Positions 1 through 13,659 of a stretch of DNA of 63,906 nt are shown here, piece by piece (position 1 is the first letter of the stretch; each line of letters opens with the position of its first letter). The stretch spans positions 682,001 to 745,906 of the forward strand of contig NW_027590205.1 in assembly GCF_964213995.1 (NCBI RefSeq), in the 5' to 3' direction. The notes beneath the pieces were generated by a model, which saw only the letters and a list, made by a program, of their open reading frames with translations, searched no databases and was not told the origin of the DNA. Origin of the DNA: Mustelus asterias (Eukaryota). Position numbers and translations under genes: made by a program.

Positions 1-269
1 GCCCTTTCTCCTGGCTCTCTGCCCTTTCCCCCGGCTCTCGGCCCTTTCCCCAGACTCTGTGCCCTCCCCCCCCCCCCCCCCCCCCCCCCCCAGCTCTCTG
101 CCCTTTAGCACGCCTCCTGTTCTCCCCGGCTCTTTGCCATTGTCCTTGGCCCTGAGCCCCCAGGGATTCCCCCCAGCTCTCCACATTCCCAGGGCAGCTC
201 CCACATTTGAACACCAAACTGCCGCTTGAGATCTTTCTTCTCTCTCGTTGCAGACCTCCACACACAGGT

Positions 270-1400
270 TTAGCGAGTGTGAGTGAGAGAATGTGAGTGC
301 GTGAGGGTGAGTGATTGAAGGAGTGAAAGTGGATGAGTGATGGTGTGTGAGTGATGGAAGGTGGGTAAGTGAGGGTGAGTGATTGAGTGTGAGTGAGTAA
401 GTGTGGGTGAGGGTGAGAGAACGTGAGTAAATGAGGGTGTGTGAGAGAGGGTGGGTGAGTGAAGGTGGCTGAATGTGTGAGTGAAGGTGGGTGAGTGAGT
501 GTCGGTAAGTGAGAATGAATGAATGAGGGTGAGCGAGTGAGGATGCATGAAGGTTAGTGAAGGTGGGTGAGTGAGAGCGAGTGAATGAGGGTGAGGAGTG
601 AATGTGACTTTGTAAGTGAGGGTGAGAGAGTGAGTGAGTCAGGGTGTGTTATTGAGGGTGGTGTGAGAGTGTGTGAGGGAGAATAAATGCGGATGGGTGG
701 ATGAGTGAGGGTGAGTGAGTGAAGGTGTTTGAGTGAGGATGAGTGATTGAGGATCTGTGAGTTAGGGTGGGTGACCTTGAGTGATGGTGAATATGTGAGG
801 GTGTGTGAGTGAATGTAGGTGCGCGAGTCTCAGTGAGTTTGAATGGGTCAGGTGGCGTATGTGAGAGAGAGAGGGTGATTGAGCTTGAGTGTGTGGGGGT
901 GCGTCTGGGTGAGTGAGGGTCGGTAAGTGGGGAGAGTGAGTGAGTGTGAGTGAGAGAGATTGAGACTGGATAAGTGAGGGAGGGTAAATGCGGTGAGTGA
1001 GTGAGAGTGATTGAGACTGGATGAGTGAAGGTGCGTAAGTGGGGTGAGTGAGGGTGAGTGAGAGTGAGTGAGACTGGATAAGTGAGGGTGGGTAAGTAGG
1101 GTGAGTGAGTGAGAGTGAGTGAGACTGGGTGAGTGAGGGTGGGTTAGTGGGATGAGTGAATGAAGGTGACTATGAGTGTTGGTGAGTGACTGAGGCTCTG
1201 AGTGAGTGACTGAGGGTTAGTGAGTGAGGTTGAGTGAGTGATAGCGCGTGATTGTGGGTGGCTGAGTGACAGTGAGTGAATGGGGATGAGTGAGTGAGGA
1301 TGTGTGAGGGTGAGAGAGTGTGAGTGAGTGCTGGTGAGTGAATGAGGGTGTGAGTGTGAGTGAATGAGGGTGAGTGAGTGAATGCGAGTGAGTAAGTGGG
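270..1400. repeat. Low-complexity (GAGT/GAGGGT)n repeat
   Basis: Degenerate gagtgagtgagggt units; the His/Thr/Ser/Leu-rich ORFs here are compositional artefacts. Confidence 0.9.
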
Positions 1401-1411
1401 GGGGCGGGGGG

Positions 1412-1722
1412 ATGGTGGCACGGTGGCACAGTGATTAGCGCTGCTGCCTCAGAGTTGGATTCCCGACTTGTGTCACTGTCTGTGTGGAGTTTGCAAGTTC
1501 CCCCCATGTCTATTTGGGTTTCATTCGGGTGCTCCTGTTTCCTTCCACAGTCCAAAGATGTGCGGGTTCGGTGGATTAGCCGTGCTAAATTGCCCCTTAG
1601 TGTCAGGGTGACTAGTTAGGGTAAATACATGTGGTTATGGGGATCGGGATTGCTGTTGGTGCAGACTCGATGGGCTGAATGGCCTCCTTCTGCACTGTCG
1701 GATCCTATGATTCTATTCTATA
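1412..1722 (+). mobile_element. tRNA-derived SINE (HE1-like shark SINE)
   Basis: Head ggcacggtggcacagtgattagcgctgctgcctca, core tgtgtggagtttgca, LINE-like tail ending in (attct)n. Confidence 0.8.
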
Positions 1723-1744
1723 ATGTCAAGGACAGACACTCTGA

Positions 1745-3010
1745 CGTATGTGAGATGGAAAGTGTGTGAGAGGGTGTTTGGGTGTGTGTGTGAGAGAGAG
1801 AGAGAGAGTGAATGTGTGGGAGGGTGCCTGTGTGTGATAGACTACGTTTGCACGTGTGTAAGACAGTGGGCTGTGCGTGCAAGAGGGGAGAGTGTGTGTG
1901 CGAGAAAGTGTGTGTGAGATAATGTGTGTGTGTGAGAGAGCATGTGTTTGAAGAGTTATTCTTTGTGTGTGATAGTGTGTCTCACCTTGAAAGTGTGTGT
2001 GTGGAGGGGCGGGGAGAATGTATGAGAGAGTACTTCTGTGTGTGATTGAGTGTGTGTTTATGTGAAAAGGAGTGTGTCTATATGAGATACAGGGTGTCTG
2101 TGAAAGAGAGTGCGTGTGCTTGAGAAGGAGGGTCTGTGTGTGGGAGAGAGTGTTGTGTTCATGTGAAAGACAGTGTGTGCGAGAGGGAGTGCCTATTTGA
2201 AAGCAAAATAGTAGGTTCATGAGTGTGTGAAAGTGTGCATGGGATTGCGTGTGAGTGAGAAAGATGTGTACAATGTGTGTGGGTGATAGAAGCAATATTT
2301 TTGAGTGTGTGTGTGTGTGAGCGTGTGTGTCTGTGACAGAGAGAAAGAGTTTTTGTGTGTGAGAGAGAGGCGTTGTGTGTGGTTTATGTGGGTGAGAGTG
2401 TGTCAGACGCATGAGTGCTTTTGCACGTGTGTGAGACAGTGGTCTGTGTGTGCAAGAGGAGAGAGTGTGCGTGAGAGAATGGATATGTGATATCGCGAAT
2501 GTGTGTGTGAGAGAGAGTGTGTGTTTGAAGAGATATTCTTTATGTGTGTGAGAGTGTCTCTGTTCTTCAAAGTGTGTGTGTGTGTGTGTGCGTGTGTGGA
2601 GGGGCGGGGAGAGTGTGAGCGAGAAAAAGTGTGAAAATTAGACAGAGTGGATGTGTGAGTGTGTGTGAGTGAAATAACGATTGAGAGAAAACGTGTCTGT
2701 GATAGGTGGAGTGTTTCAGAGAGATACATTGTGTATACATGTGTGTTCGTGTGTGAGAGACGGAGAGAACTGTGGGCGTGTGAGAGAGAGTCTTTGTGAG
2801 AGACAGTGTTTGAGAGCAAGATTGTGCGTATGTGAGATAATGTGTAAGGGAGTAAGCGTGTGAAAGAGAGAGAAATATGTGCCTGCGTGAGAGAATGCGT
2901 GTGGAAGTGTTCGTATGAGAGAGGGAGCATGTGAATGAGTGTGAGACGAAGTGAGAGTACGGGAATGTGGGAGGGATAGTGCATGTGTGTGTGTGCGTGT
3001 GTGTGTGTGT
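1745..3010. repeat. (GT/GA)n low-complexity region with internal duplication (~1845-2030 vs ~2420-2620)
   Basis: Shared block ttgcacgtgtg...gacagtgg...tgcaagagg in both copies. Confidence 0.85.
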
Positions 3011-6000
3011 TTCCTGGCCCCAACACAGTGACCACGCGCACAGAAACAGAACAGACATAAACGGTGCAACAATCGAGTGCCCAGCAGATAGATCTGTTCA
3101 ATCTGTCAATTTCATTCAAACTGTTGGATTCTAATTGATCAATGGCCAACTTACAACAACAGAAAATTAATAACCTATTTTAAATTAAACTGATATTCAT
3201 TTCAAAACTCCTTTCGACTGTTAATTATTCCTCTGTCTCACTTCTCGAAAGCTATGTAAAAATGTAATTTCGCCGAAAATGAGCAATCAAAAATAACAGA
3301 TTCAGGACAGTTCAATGTCCCTAACAGAGATGCAGTGACACAGCAAGAAGTAACCAAATCAAGAAACATTTAGATTGAAAATCATTACCTGATTAGATCT
3401 AATTTCTTAATTAAATGTACTCAACAAATTAATCAAAGCAAAGCACTTTATCGAGTGAGCACAGCTGAGTAAAGTAATGTTTTGTTTCTGAATACATTTC
3501 CGATACAATTGAATATTCTCTAAAACGGATTGTATTTTGCACGCCTGTACAATATTCAAGGTAGTTTGTTTTGAATTAATCAGCAGCATTATTATATTTT
3601 AAGTTATTGTTAATTACTAGTTAGTTCTCCTGTCAGCTCATTTGTACTCTGTAATAAAATGGGTTTTCAATCATTCAAAATGTGCTTCTGCCTCCAACAT
3701 TGTTAAATAATTAGGTTACAATTAAATCTTAGACAATGTTAAATATAATTTCAAATTACTGAACAGAAACATTCAGACATCTGTCATTCATTTACTTAAA
3801 TCTAATCACATTGTAATATTTTACTTTTTCACTTTTACTACAAGTGTCTTATTATAACCTGCAAAAGTGTTAAAATTGCATACTGCTGAATATGTATAGA
3901 CTGTAACGGCCTGGCAGTTTGAAGTCAATAATACTGCTTCCAAGATTTAGTAATTTAGAACATCCATATAACTTAATTACTGAACACATTGTTTAATTAA
4001 AGAAGATCTGAATTAAACAGTGCAAACACAAAGAGGACAATTGATTCAAATCCTCTGTAACACTAAAACATGATGCAGAATGTAAGTCCAGACTTTTTCT
4101 TCATTATAATATTTAATATGAATTAAACATAAGGTTCAGATAGAATCAATTCTTCTATTCTGTCATTTATTCTTCCCATAATTCTATCCTGTGTTCAGCA
4201 GTAATGGGAGACATGATGTTATTATCAAGTGCAGAGATAAGATTATTTTTATAGTATTTATAATAGTATAATATTTTTATTTAAATTAATCTTTTTGAAT
4301 TTCAAGCATTAACTTGTCCATCTCTAGCCAGTTTCTGTTGACACTTTACTACAATTCAAACACAATTATGTGAACAATTGCATGAGTGTCAGCGAATTCC
4401 ACCTGTCAGAAAACTCTGTTCGCTCTGTCAAATTTATTCAAACTGTTTGATTCTAATTGATCTAAGGTCAAATTACAACTGCAAAAAAGTCAATAAAAAA
4501 TTTAAATTAACCTGATGTTCATTTCAAAACTCCCTTCGCCTTTTAACTATCTCTCCCTGTCTGTCTCAAATCATGAAAACTGGGCAAAAATGTATTTTTT
4601 CTGAAAATGAGCACCTCAAATATAACAGATTCAGGGTAGTGTAATCTCCCTAACAGAGATACAGTGTCTCTGTAAGAATTGTAATTCATGATTTATTTTA
4701 ATATGTAAGCATCAGTTAACTTGAATAAAAGCCCAAACATCTAATTATTTTATTTTTCCGAAACCTTTTTCCTTTATCCCTGCAAGAATTTTCAAACGCA
4801 GTTTTATTTTCATTTAGCCAGAAAACGTGTAACCGCTCAGTTTCACAGAGTTGAAACAATACAGAAACAATTGAGAAACACCAAACCATTTCACAAATTT
4901 TGAGATGAGATTAGTAATTAATTATCTCGGTATCCAATTACAAATTACTTGGAAGGAATAATCTGATTGCGACTGCACAGAAAGAAAATGTAATAATCGG
5001 ATACATAAATTGCCAAAAAGCAACGTCTTATTCTGCAAAACTCGTATTCCAGTGAATGCGAACTTAATCTGGGATATAACGACTAATGCAAAGTATCTTG
5101 TTGAATTGAGCGCTGCTATGGAAACAGCACGTTATCATTGAAATAGTTTCTGGAATTATCACAAAATATTTCCAGCCCAGAAACTTTTCTGGTCATTTTA
5201 ATTGAACAGAACTATTAGAGGTGATTAATGAATAATGATATTAACATAAAAAAATCTTTGGTGAATATGGAGTTATATTGCCGATCAATAATTGTTTGAT
5301 TTATCTTAATTTCATGATCAAATTGGTTAATGAGAAGTTTGTGATTGCAGCAATGACTTAGTGTCCAAGTGAACTTTGTAAGTCATGATTTATTTTAATA
5401 TTTAAACATTAGTTAAAATTTATAAAAATGTTGTGATATCTTGATTTCATTTTTTTCCAAAACCTGCCTGTTTTCTACTACAAGGACTTTCAAACTCAGA
5501 GATTCTTTGCATTCAACCAGAAAACGTGTAACCGCTCAGTGCCGCCGAGTTTCAACAATGCAGAAACAATGCGGAAACACCAAATCACTTCGCAAATTTT
5601 AAACTATCATAGAATCTCCTGAACATAAACACTCCAAAGCACATCACTGAGGGAATTATTCCGCTTCATGAAGAAGCAGCTCAATTATTCATTCAACATA
5701 ATAAAATGTAACATTGCAAGAAAATCTCAATATCGAATCCAGCAAAACAGCTCTTCACCAAATGTATGAATTATTAAACAAAACAGAAATCTGGAATAAT
5801 AGCAATAGCATTGTGAAGAGATAGAATATATCCAACACATTAATATGGAAACTTTACCACATTTTATTCATATTGGATCATATTTCAAACATATTTAAAC
5901 ATTTGGATGGTAAAAGCTGCAGCAATCACTGAGATTTAACATTGCAGGTTAACCAAATAGTGAATGCAGTGGCAAACTATATTCTGAACAAACTGCGTAA

Positions 6001-6863
6001 ACTGTGATTTAGTTTAACCTGCAATTATCAATTATGATTTTCAAAAATGCCAATGGAATAAAGCCTGCCTGATTTCAACATATAATCATGCGTCAAGCAG
6101 TTTCAGACGCGAAGACTGTTTGTATTCAATCACAAAGTGTGTAACAGCTGTGTCACCGAGATTAAATAATGCAGAATCGCCAAACCATTTCAAAAATTTT
6201 ACTTATTCAAAGTCACCCAGACCCACAATCTCCTCAACAGAAAAAATATATATCACTGAACCCCGCATAATGCAGAAGCAGCTCAATTCTACAAACGCTT
6301 TCAATAGAATCAAATGTAACATTGACAGCAAATCTCAAATTTAAATCCAGCCAATCCGCTCATCACCAAACTAATCAATTATTAAATTAACAGAAATATG
6401 TCAGAACCACACCGGCATTGCGAGTAAGCGGAATATGATCACTCAATTAATACAGAATCTTTAACACATTTTTAAAATATTGGGTTAGATTTCAAATGCG
6501 TGTGCAGCAGATGGCACAACCCGCAGCCACTAGATGTCACCGAGTTTATACACTGCAGAAACATCGAACTGTTTAACAGAAGTTAGACAGTAACTTTTAA
6601 AGTAACCCAGCCACACAATGTCCTCAGCAGATAAACACCAAAATACAACAACCAAGGATTGAATCCCTCAGCATCGCCTTGTCAATTAACAGTATAATTT
6701 TATAACCCCCATTTTCAGCAGAATCACATGAAACATTGTTCAGATTTTTAGTACAGAATCCGCCAAACCACATTTCAGTGAACGAATGAATTAATAAAAT
6801 CGATAAAAAATATAAAACAAAAGCTCAAGTAAAACAGTTACTAAATAATTGCATGGTTCTTAC

Positions 6864-6912
6864 CTGCAGTCACCGTCACCATGGTCCCTTGTCCCCAAGT
6901 AGTCAAAGTAGT
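6864..6912 (-). CDS. IGHJ: Immunoglobulin heavy-chain J segment
   Basis: Encodes WGQGTMVTVTA followed by donor GTAAG; RSS heptamer 6913-6919, 23-bp spacer, nonamer 6943-6951. Confidence 0.95.
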
Positions 6913-7305
6913 CACAGTGTCACATTCGCTTGGCTGGATCATACAATAACTGGCTCTGCAAAAAATAGACAGAAAAGCCGCCATTATTTTAAATATTCAC
7001 AAACCTGAGGAAAAGCAAAGTCAATTAATATTCATGAGATTATTATTGTATTTGTGGATACCGTTCGCTCTACATAAATAACCCTTATGTTTTGTATTTC
7101 ACCGGGTATAACATGAACATGTTACTGAAAACACCAAATGATAATTGAATAGTTATCATAAATTTTCCATTTGATTCTCGCTGTTTGTACAGAGCTGGGC
7201 ATAAATAATACAGCACTGCAAATAATTTTGGATTGCAAAACAGAGCACTGACCCAGTCTCGGTCAATTAGTGCTGAGGGTTTTTGTATTGACAGTAACTG
7301 ATGTG

Positions 7306-7318
7306 CCACCCCAGTTAT
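7306..7318 (-). CDS. IGHD: IgH D2 segment (ATAACTGGGGTGG), 12/12 RSS
   Basis: V-side RSS: heptamer 7319-7325, 12 bp, nonamer 7338-7346. J-side RSS: CACATCA 7305-7299, 12 bp, ACAAAAACC 7286-7278. Confidence 0.92.
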
Positions 7319-7694
7319 CACAGTGAGACACAGCATGACAAATACTGAGTCTGACTGCTAACTGTAAAATACAGAGATTTAATTTCACTACTCTCAAAAA
7401 TCTGATTCTGCCTCTTCTAAGAGCGAATGAGTGAGATATTGTAGCTTGTCCAAGTCATTATATTTACAAGGGGTATCGGAATGCTTTTAAACCCTCTATG
7501 TAGATTTAGCATATCGTTCAACACAGATTTTACGGGAAGATGTTTATACCTTTTCACAAACTAATATTGCTTCTGCGCATTATTTCATTGAAGCCTCTTT
7601 TACTTTGAAAATCCTGCTGTGGTGCTGATCACCAATTTGAGCGATCTCTTTCCATGAGGTTTTGTATGAGGATGTCGCTGTGCTCAGCACTGTG

Positions 7695-7709
7695 ACCCCA
7701 CTGTAGTAT
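7695..7709 (-). CDS. IGHD: IgH D1 segment (ATACTACAGTGGGGT), 12/22 RSS
   Basis: V-side RSS: heptamer 7710-7716, 12 bp, nonamer 7729-7737. D2-side RSS: CACAGTG 7694-7688, 22 bp, ACAAAACCT 7665-7657; the classic shark IgM D1 arrangement. Confidence 0.95.
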
Positions 7710-8148
7710 CACAGTGACACACACTCGCACAAAAACTGCACTTACTTTCTGTTCAGTACTGCCGCTCAATATTCACTTCAAATAGACCATTATTCGTGAT
7801 GTAATTTACACTTCATGCAACAGTTTACAAAACACAATCTAAAAACATCTCCTCCAAGTATCAGAAATATTAAAACGAGCATTATATCCAGGTGTGTAAT
7901 TGCTGAAACTGTTAACAGTAAATATAAACAGAGTGAAAAGCTCAGCCCATTATGTCTGTGTGTTTTCTTGGTTTAATGTTTAATTTTCACTAAGTTAGGT
8001 TTGTCAGGAGCAGTTTGTGTTTTGCTTCTGATCACTGTCGTTAGTGTTATATTTAAAACAGATACTGACCTTCAGGTTATGATGAAAGTTGCTGAATTCC
8101 CTCTCGAGCTGTTCTTGTTCGGGTCCATCCCTAGTTCCTCTCGCTGTG

Positions 8149-8631
8149 GTCTCTTGCACAGTAATAGATGGCGGTGTCTTCGGTCTTCAGCCTCGTCATT
8201 TCCAAAGAGAAGATGTTGCTTGAAGTGTCTTTGGACGCAGTAAATCGATCCTTAATTGCTGGGGCGTAGCTGTTGCTGGATGAAGTATAGTACCACACCA
8301 GCCACTCCAGCCCCTGTCCTGGAACCTGTCGGATCCAGCTCATGGCATAGCTGCTAAGATCGAAGCCGCTGGTTTTACAGGTCAGTGTCAGGGAGCCTCC
8401 GGGACGCCCGGTCTCTGCCTCTGGCTGAGTCAACACAACCTGCGTCTGGACACCTGTAAAAATAGATCAAAAAACCCGAGGATTAATCCTGGTGTAATGA
8501 TTTTTGAGTCGGGAATATTACAGAGATGGACTAAAACTGAGACAGTAACTGTGGGAGACTTAGACAATGAAAAATAACTACTCACCGGATAAGAAAGTCA
8601 GCAACAAACTGAGAGAAATTGCCGACCTCAT
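8149..8631 (-). CDS. IGHV: IgM-type VH gene (leader exon 8631-8586, V exon 8453-8149)
   Basis: Leader [20 protein letters not shown] phase-1 intron, [39 protein letters not shown]...YYCAR with an open frame; RSS CACAGCG(8148-8142)-23-ACAAGAACA(8118-8110). Confidence 0.96.
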
Positions 8632-8720
8632 CCTTCTGGTGATTTGGGGGAAATGGTTGTGTCAGGAACTCAGTGAACAAACCACCTCCCGGACTGTAGG
8701 ATTCCGGTCCCAGTGAGCGG

Positions 8721-8730
8721 TATTTAAATA
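8721..8730 (-). promoter_or_regulatory. TATA-like element of the VH promoter
   Basis: TATTTAAATA about 90 bp upstream of the leader ATG, next to a GC-rich stretch. Confidence 0.55.
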
Positions 8731-10499
8731 CCCGGCAGAAGGGGGCGGCTTTCCAGGCGCCGCCTGTTGATTCCCTGCTGGAGGCGGCGACAGGATCCAG
8801 GTCCCACCTTCCACACCCCCCAATAGAATGGACTTCCAGATTTACAATAGGTTAATATTAAAATGGACATTTTGTCTGTGTCGGGATATTTGTTTGGCTG
8901 AATATGTTAATTGTATTGTCTCCATTATTTCTGATGGTGATATTGCAGTTCATCATTTCTTTATTTAAAATAACTAATTCCATTGTAAATATGGTGATTT
9001 TATTACCACGCCCCAAGAAGAACACAAATCTAACAATGATGAAATAACATTTTTGGAGAATAAGGAGACCGTCAGTCTATTTTGCGACAATTCTGGGTCT
9101 CTGTCACATCACAATAATAAAGCATCATTTATCAGAAGAATTTTTACCGATTTCTGTAACTAAATGCGGAGTATGAACAAAGTGATTGCATTTACAGTGC
9201 GGATGGCTATCACTGTACAATTTGGGTTTGGAGATGAGAAGAAACTCTCACACAATACAATGTTTCTCCTTATATTTGTCAAACTGCCCCAATCTCGAAG
9301 ACAGCCCTTTGAAAATAATAAGAATCCTGCCCTCCTGATAATTAAATAGTGAGTTGACAGAGAAACATAAAATTAACCTCGACTTTTGACAGAGAAGTTA
9401 ATGAATGGAACGGACACGAAGATCATTAAAATTCTTCTTCAGCATCCAGATCATTGCAGGTCACTCTATCGGCCACCGGCTGTCTAACATTCGCTGGTAT
9501 TGCGAACACAAGATATCAGGGCTTTGCACAATATCACAAGAATAAATGTTTTATCTTCCATTGAATCAGGTTATGAACTGATCATTTCTCCACTCATTGG
9601 CAGCTATGATTGGAACTCTTCAATAACAGGAATCAGATTATTCTGTACAATAGAATAGGGTGTTAATCAGGTACAAGAGACGCTGCTGTTTAAGTGTGAT
9701 ACAGAACGTTCAGAATATTCCAGGAATTCCCGCTGTTCATGTCAGTTTTATGATGTTCCCTTAATATTATTTCGATGCATTTTATGCCATTGCACTGATT
9801 TCAATTGACTGGGGAATTGGGACCATCAACATCTCTCTCTCGTATTTCATGAAGTGGTTAATAAACTGACTTTAATTATTGGAATGGCATTTACTTGGAA
9901 GTTATACAAATGAAAAAGCATCTGGTCACATTATTGTTTTGCGATACTATTTACTCACATAATGAACAGGACAGTGAATGAAAATATTTGATTAGAATGA
10001 TTACGATTTAAAATGTGTCATTCTTGTGGGAATGAAACATTTATTGTTTAAATGGCTGAATCCCATTTTGTCCGTTTTGGTTCACGCTAATCTGTCCCAC
10101 ACAGTATTTGGCAGCAATCCAGCCTTCTGCCAAATGCTCAAAGTTATTGACAGGAAGCATCTGGGGGTGTTGTGCAGCAGAACAAAGATCTGTTTCCTCA
10201 GTACTGACCGCTTGGCTGCAAGCCAACTTAAAACCATTCACATTGTCAATCAGGCCTATTTATAAATAAATCTACCCAGCAACAGTACTGCAGGCACTTT
10301 ACTTTTTTAAAGTTGTAAATCTAGATGAATTTTTCCCATCTCTAATGAAAGGAAAGTCATGCAGCTTCTCTGGCACCCTGTTAGCAACAATGATGATTTT
10401 TCCAACACATCAGGATATTGTGATAGATGGATAGAAAGAATTACAGGCAAACGGAGAAATGTCTCAGAGAGACGATACATGAACATGTATGTTTGTATT

Positions 10500-10855
10500 T
10501 TCTTTCCCTTTATCTTTCCATGGGATGTTTGGATGCAAAGACCGGCAGTTTTTGCCTGTCCCAAATTCCCTTGAACTGAGTGGTTTTCTCGGCCACTTCT
10601 GAACATATGAAGGAGTCAGCTATTTTGCTGTCCATCTGGAGTCACATCCGTGTGAGACCAGGTCGCGATGGCAGATTTCACTCATTGGGGAATCAGAGAG
10701 GGTCCGATGGTCGCCATTAGTATCTGTTCCATATCTATTAATTGAATTCAAATTCCACCAGCTGCAATGCTCCGATTTAAATCCCTGTCCCCACATCATT
10801 GTCCTGGGCCTCTGGATCACTGGGCCACTTCAATTAATATTACGTCACCATCTGC
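10500..10855 (-). mobile_element. Decayed shark tRNA-SINE
   Basis: Resembles a common shark SINE (ctggagtcacat...gatggcagatttc...aattcaaattcc). Confidence 0.55.
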
Positions 10856-11924
10856 GCAAACAATAAATGAATGACTGTGTTGATGCAGGAATGAATGACC
10901 GTTGAATGAATGATATGAATATCAGTTGGATGCCTGAATATTTTGATTGAGGAATCAGTGAACGGATTGGTGGATGCATTGTTAAATGGTACTGAAAGAT
11001 GCTGTTCCACATTCCCATATTTGTACTTGACTGGTTCATAAATTGAAACAGTTCCTTGATTCCATTTCTGTCAGTGTAATAATTTCATACTTCCAGAGGG
11101 TCTGGGTGAAATCAAACCCGATTTTCTCGGGAGTTAGCAAGCTGATCCTCACGAAAAGAAGAGGGCGTTTTCCTGCGGCACGGATGTTTCATTTCTCTGT
11201 TGATACTGAATATTCATATCCAAGATCGAAAGAGGGAACATGATTTGGCTGAGGAGGGAGGATTGTAATATTTGAAACATGTGCAGCAAATCACTCACCA
11301 TGCCCTCACCCAAATTAGTGAAGGTAACATGCTGTAAAATAAATAATGTGGCAACAGATATATTGTGAAACTCACTGGACAACTACAAGTGTTACATTAT
11401 TTCCCAAAACTGTGTAATAATGAATCGGGATTTAAAAATTCAGTAAAATCATATTAGGTGCAAGGTACTTTAATGCATTTCATTACTGTGGAAATCACCA
11501 CACCAGCTATGTATCAGGAGTTTATATTTACACATGCCGGGTTGATGCAACTGTTAATCGAGGTAATCAGCCTGATAACTGAGAGATAGATAGGAAGCAG
11601 CCTCTCGGTGCCTCAGTCACTTTCCATCAGGGTCACCCAAGTACCTTCTCGGGTAGTTTTTCCTGAAAGAATCCGAGTGTCTTGTGGAGAGGAAAGAATC
11701 TCAGAATAGACTGAAGACTGAACCCTGGATATCCCAGGAGGCAGTGACTGCTCATAAACCCAGTCATGGATTAAAATAAAGAAACGGAAATTTAAAGCAG
11801 TAACCTTTGCTGGTCCTGATGGAAGCGGCCGGATAACATATTTAACCTTTGGAATCAACTATTACTCGTCAAGGAAAAGAAAGGTTTTTTGCTGGTCTAG
11901 CACCCTTTTTGGATTCTGGACAAA

Positions 11925-12233
11925 CAAAGAACAATACAGCACAGGAACAGGCCCTTCGGCCCTCCAAGCCTGCGCCGCTCATGTGCCCAACTAGACCATT
12001 CGTTTGTATCCCTCTATTCCCAGTCTGTTCATGTGGCTATCTAGATAAGTCTTAAACGATCCCAGCCTGTCCGCCTCAATCACCTTGCTTGGGAGTGCAT
12101 TCCAGGCCCCCACCACCCTCTGTGTAAAATACGTCCCCCTGACATCTGTGTTGAACCTTGCCCCCCTCACCTTGAAACCGTGACCCCTTGTGTTCGTCAC
12201 CTCCGACCTGGGAAAAAGCTTCCCACTGTTCAC
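11925..12233 (-). mobile_element. CR1 LINE 3' fragment
   Basis: TRGHGFK...FTQRVVGAWNALP ORF2 C-terminus plus 3'UTR. Confidence 0.85.
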
Positions 12234-13659
12234 CTGAAAGCACTTTACAAATTATGGAAGTTTATTTCCAGTGTAGCCGCTGTGTGCTGTTTGAAACATT
12301 ATTTATACAGAGGACACGGGGCATTGTGGATCACCCGCCAGAAAGAATTGTCACTCTGACGCTCATAGTCAAATGAAGAGGTTTGCAAGTCCCGGTATTT
12401 TCTGGGTACTTTGAGATTGTGAACAATAGTAAGCAAAATCTTACATCAGATCTTACACCTCTCTCTCTCCTTCTTTCGCTGTCCCTCTCTCTTTCGCTGT
12501 CCCTCCCCTTTCGCTGTCCCTCTCTCTGATCAACGCTATTAATTAGAAACATTGCGCTGATTTTTTCCTACAGACTACCCTGTGACCGTTCACCATGAAA
12601 TGCAATGGTTTGCAAAGTTCACTCTCTAAGTCTCCTCTGCCATAACATTGACAATTCATCACAGGTGCTTGTCCTAAATATACCACTGTTCACAGTGAAA
12701 TGTCACTTCGCAACATTATTTCCTGTAATTTACAGCTGTCACCTGTGAGAGCGGTGAACTGTAGTTTTATGTAGTTTCGGTTAAACATAAATTCTTGGAG
12801 AGCCACCTAGTGGAATGATCTGTGTAAACACAATTATTCTCGAATATTGCGGTATGATGTTACTAAAATATTACTATGCCCGATTATTACGGATTTTATT
12901 GCTTTGATTTTATTATTCCTGCTGCTTATGCTTTTTTCATTGTTTTACTTTTGTTACGTTTACTATTTAATATTAATTCCGACATTAGTTTCCTCGTTTA
13001 CTGCCAACCAAAGTAACTAAAATTGAAACAATACCATTTAATCTCGAACGAATGTGTGAACAGGGGGTCTATTTACATAATTTGTATGTGTTGGTATTTT
13101 AAAGTCATGATTTCATTGGGATCTTGGCGGATTCATATTGCTAAAACAAGCTTCTTGGTCCAGAATGGCTGAGGCATTACAATAAATCGGCAGGGTTTAA
13201 AATAAAAGTGGAATTTTCTCTCATGTTCACTGCATTGCAATAATAACAATATGTGCAAGAATAATGCGGCAAAATCATGTAACAACATCTTTCAGGAACT
13301 TGAGAATTCGGTGAATTTCCAGGAATTAGCCTTAGATAGCCACTAGATGGAGCTGCCTCACCATGTTTGTGTGTTTACTGCTGCAGGTTGCAGTTTCATA
13401 AATACATTTAATTGGTATAATGCGGGCATACTAAGGTATTACACTTTAAAACTTTGTGAGGTCTCAGTAGAATATATTATATTGCATGAAAATATAAACA
13501 TTAGCTGGGCAGCAGCTGCGCAAATTTTATTTTTTGCAATCAATACAATTAATGTTAGAAAAATCAAAGCAACTAATTGTTTCCCTGGAGCTTCACATGA
13601 CATATAAATCTTACCACACTCCAGTGTAATGCAGAAAGCACGTAGATTTTCTGATTGAA

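Noticed and set aside
3024-3048. CACAGTG followed by ACAGAAACA
   Set aside because: Spacer is 9 bp, not 12 or 23, and no adjacent coding segment is present
270-3149. Long His/Thr/Ser/Leu-rich ORFs; possible Ig switch-like region
   Set aside because: Translations of simple repeats; no AGCT-dense S-region pattern, and the IgH sense strand is C/A-rich here
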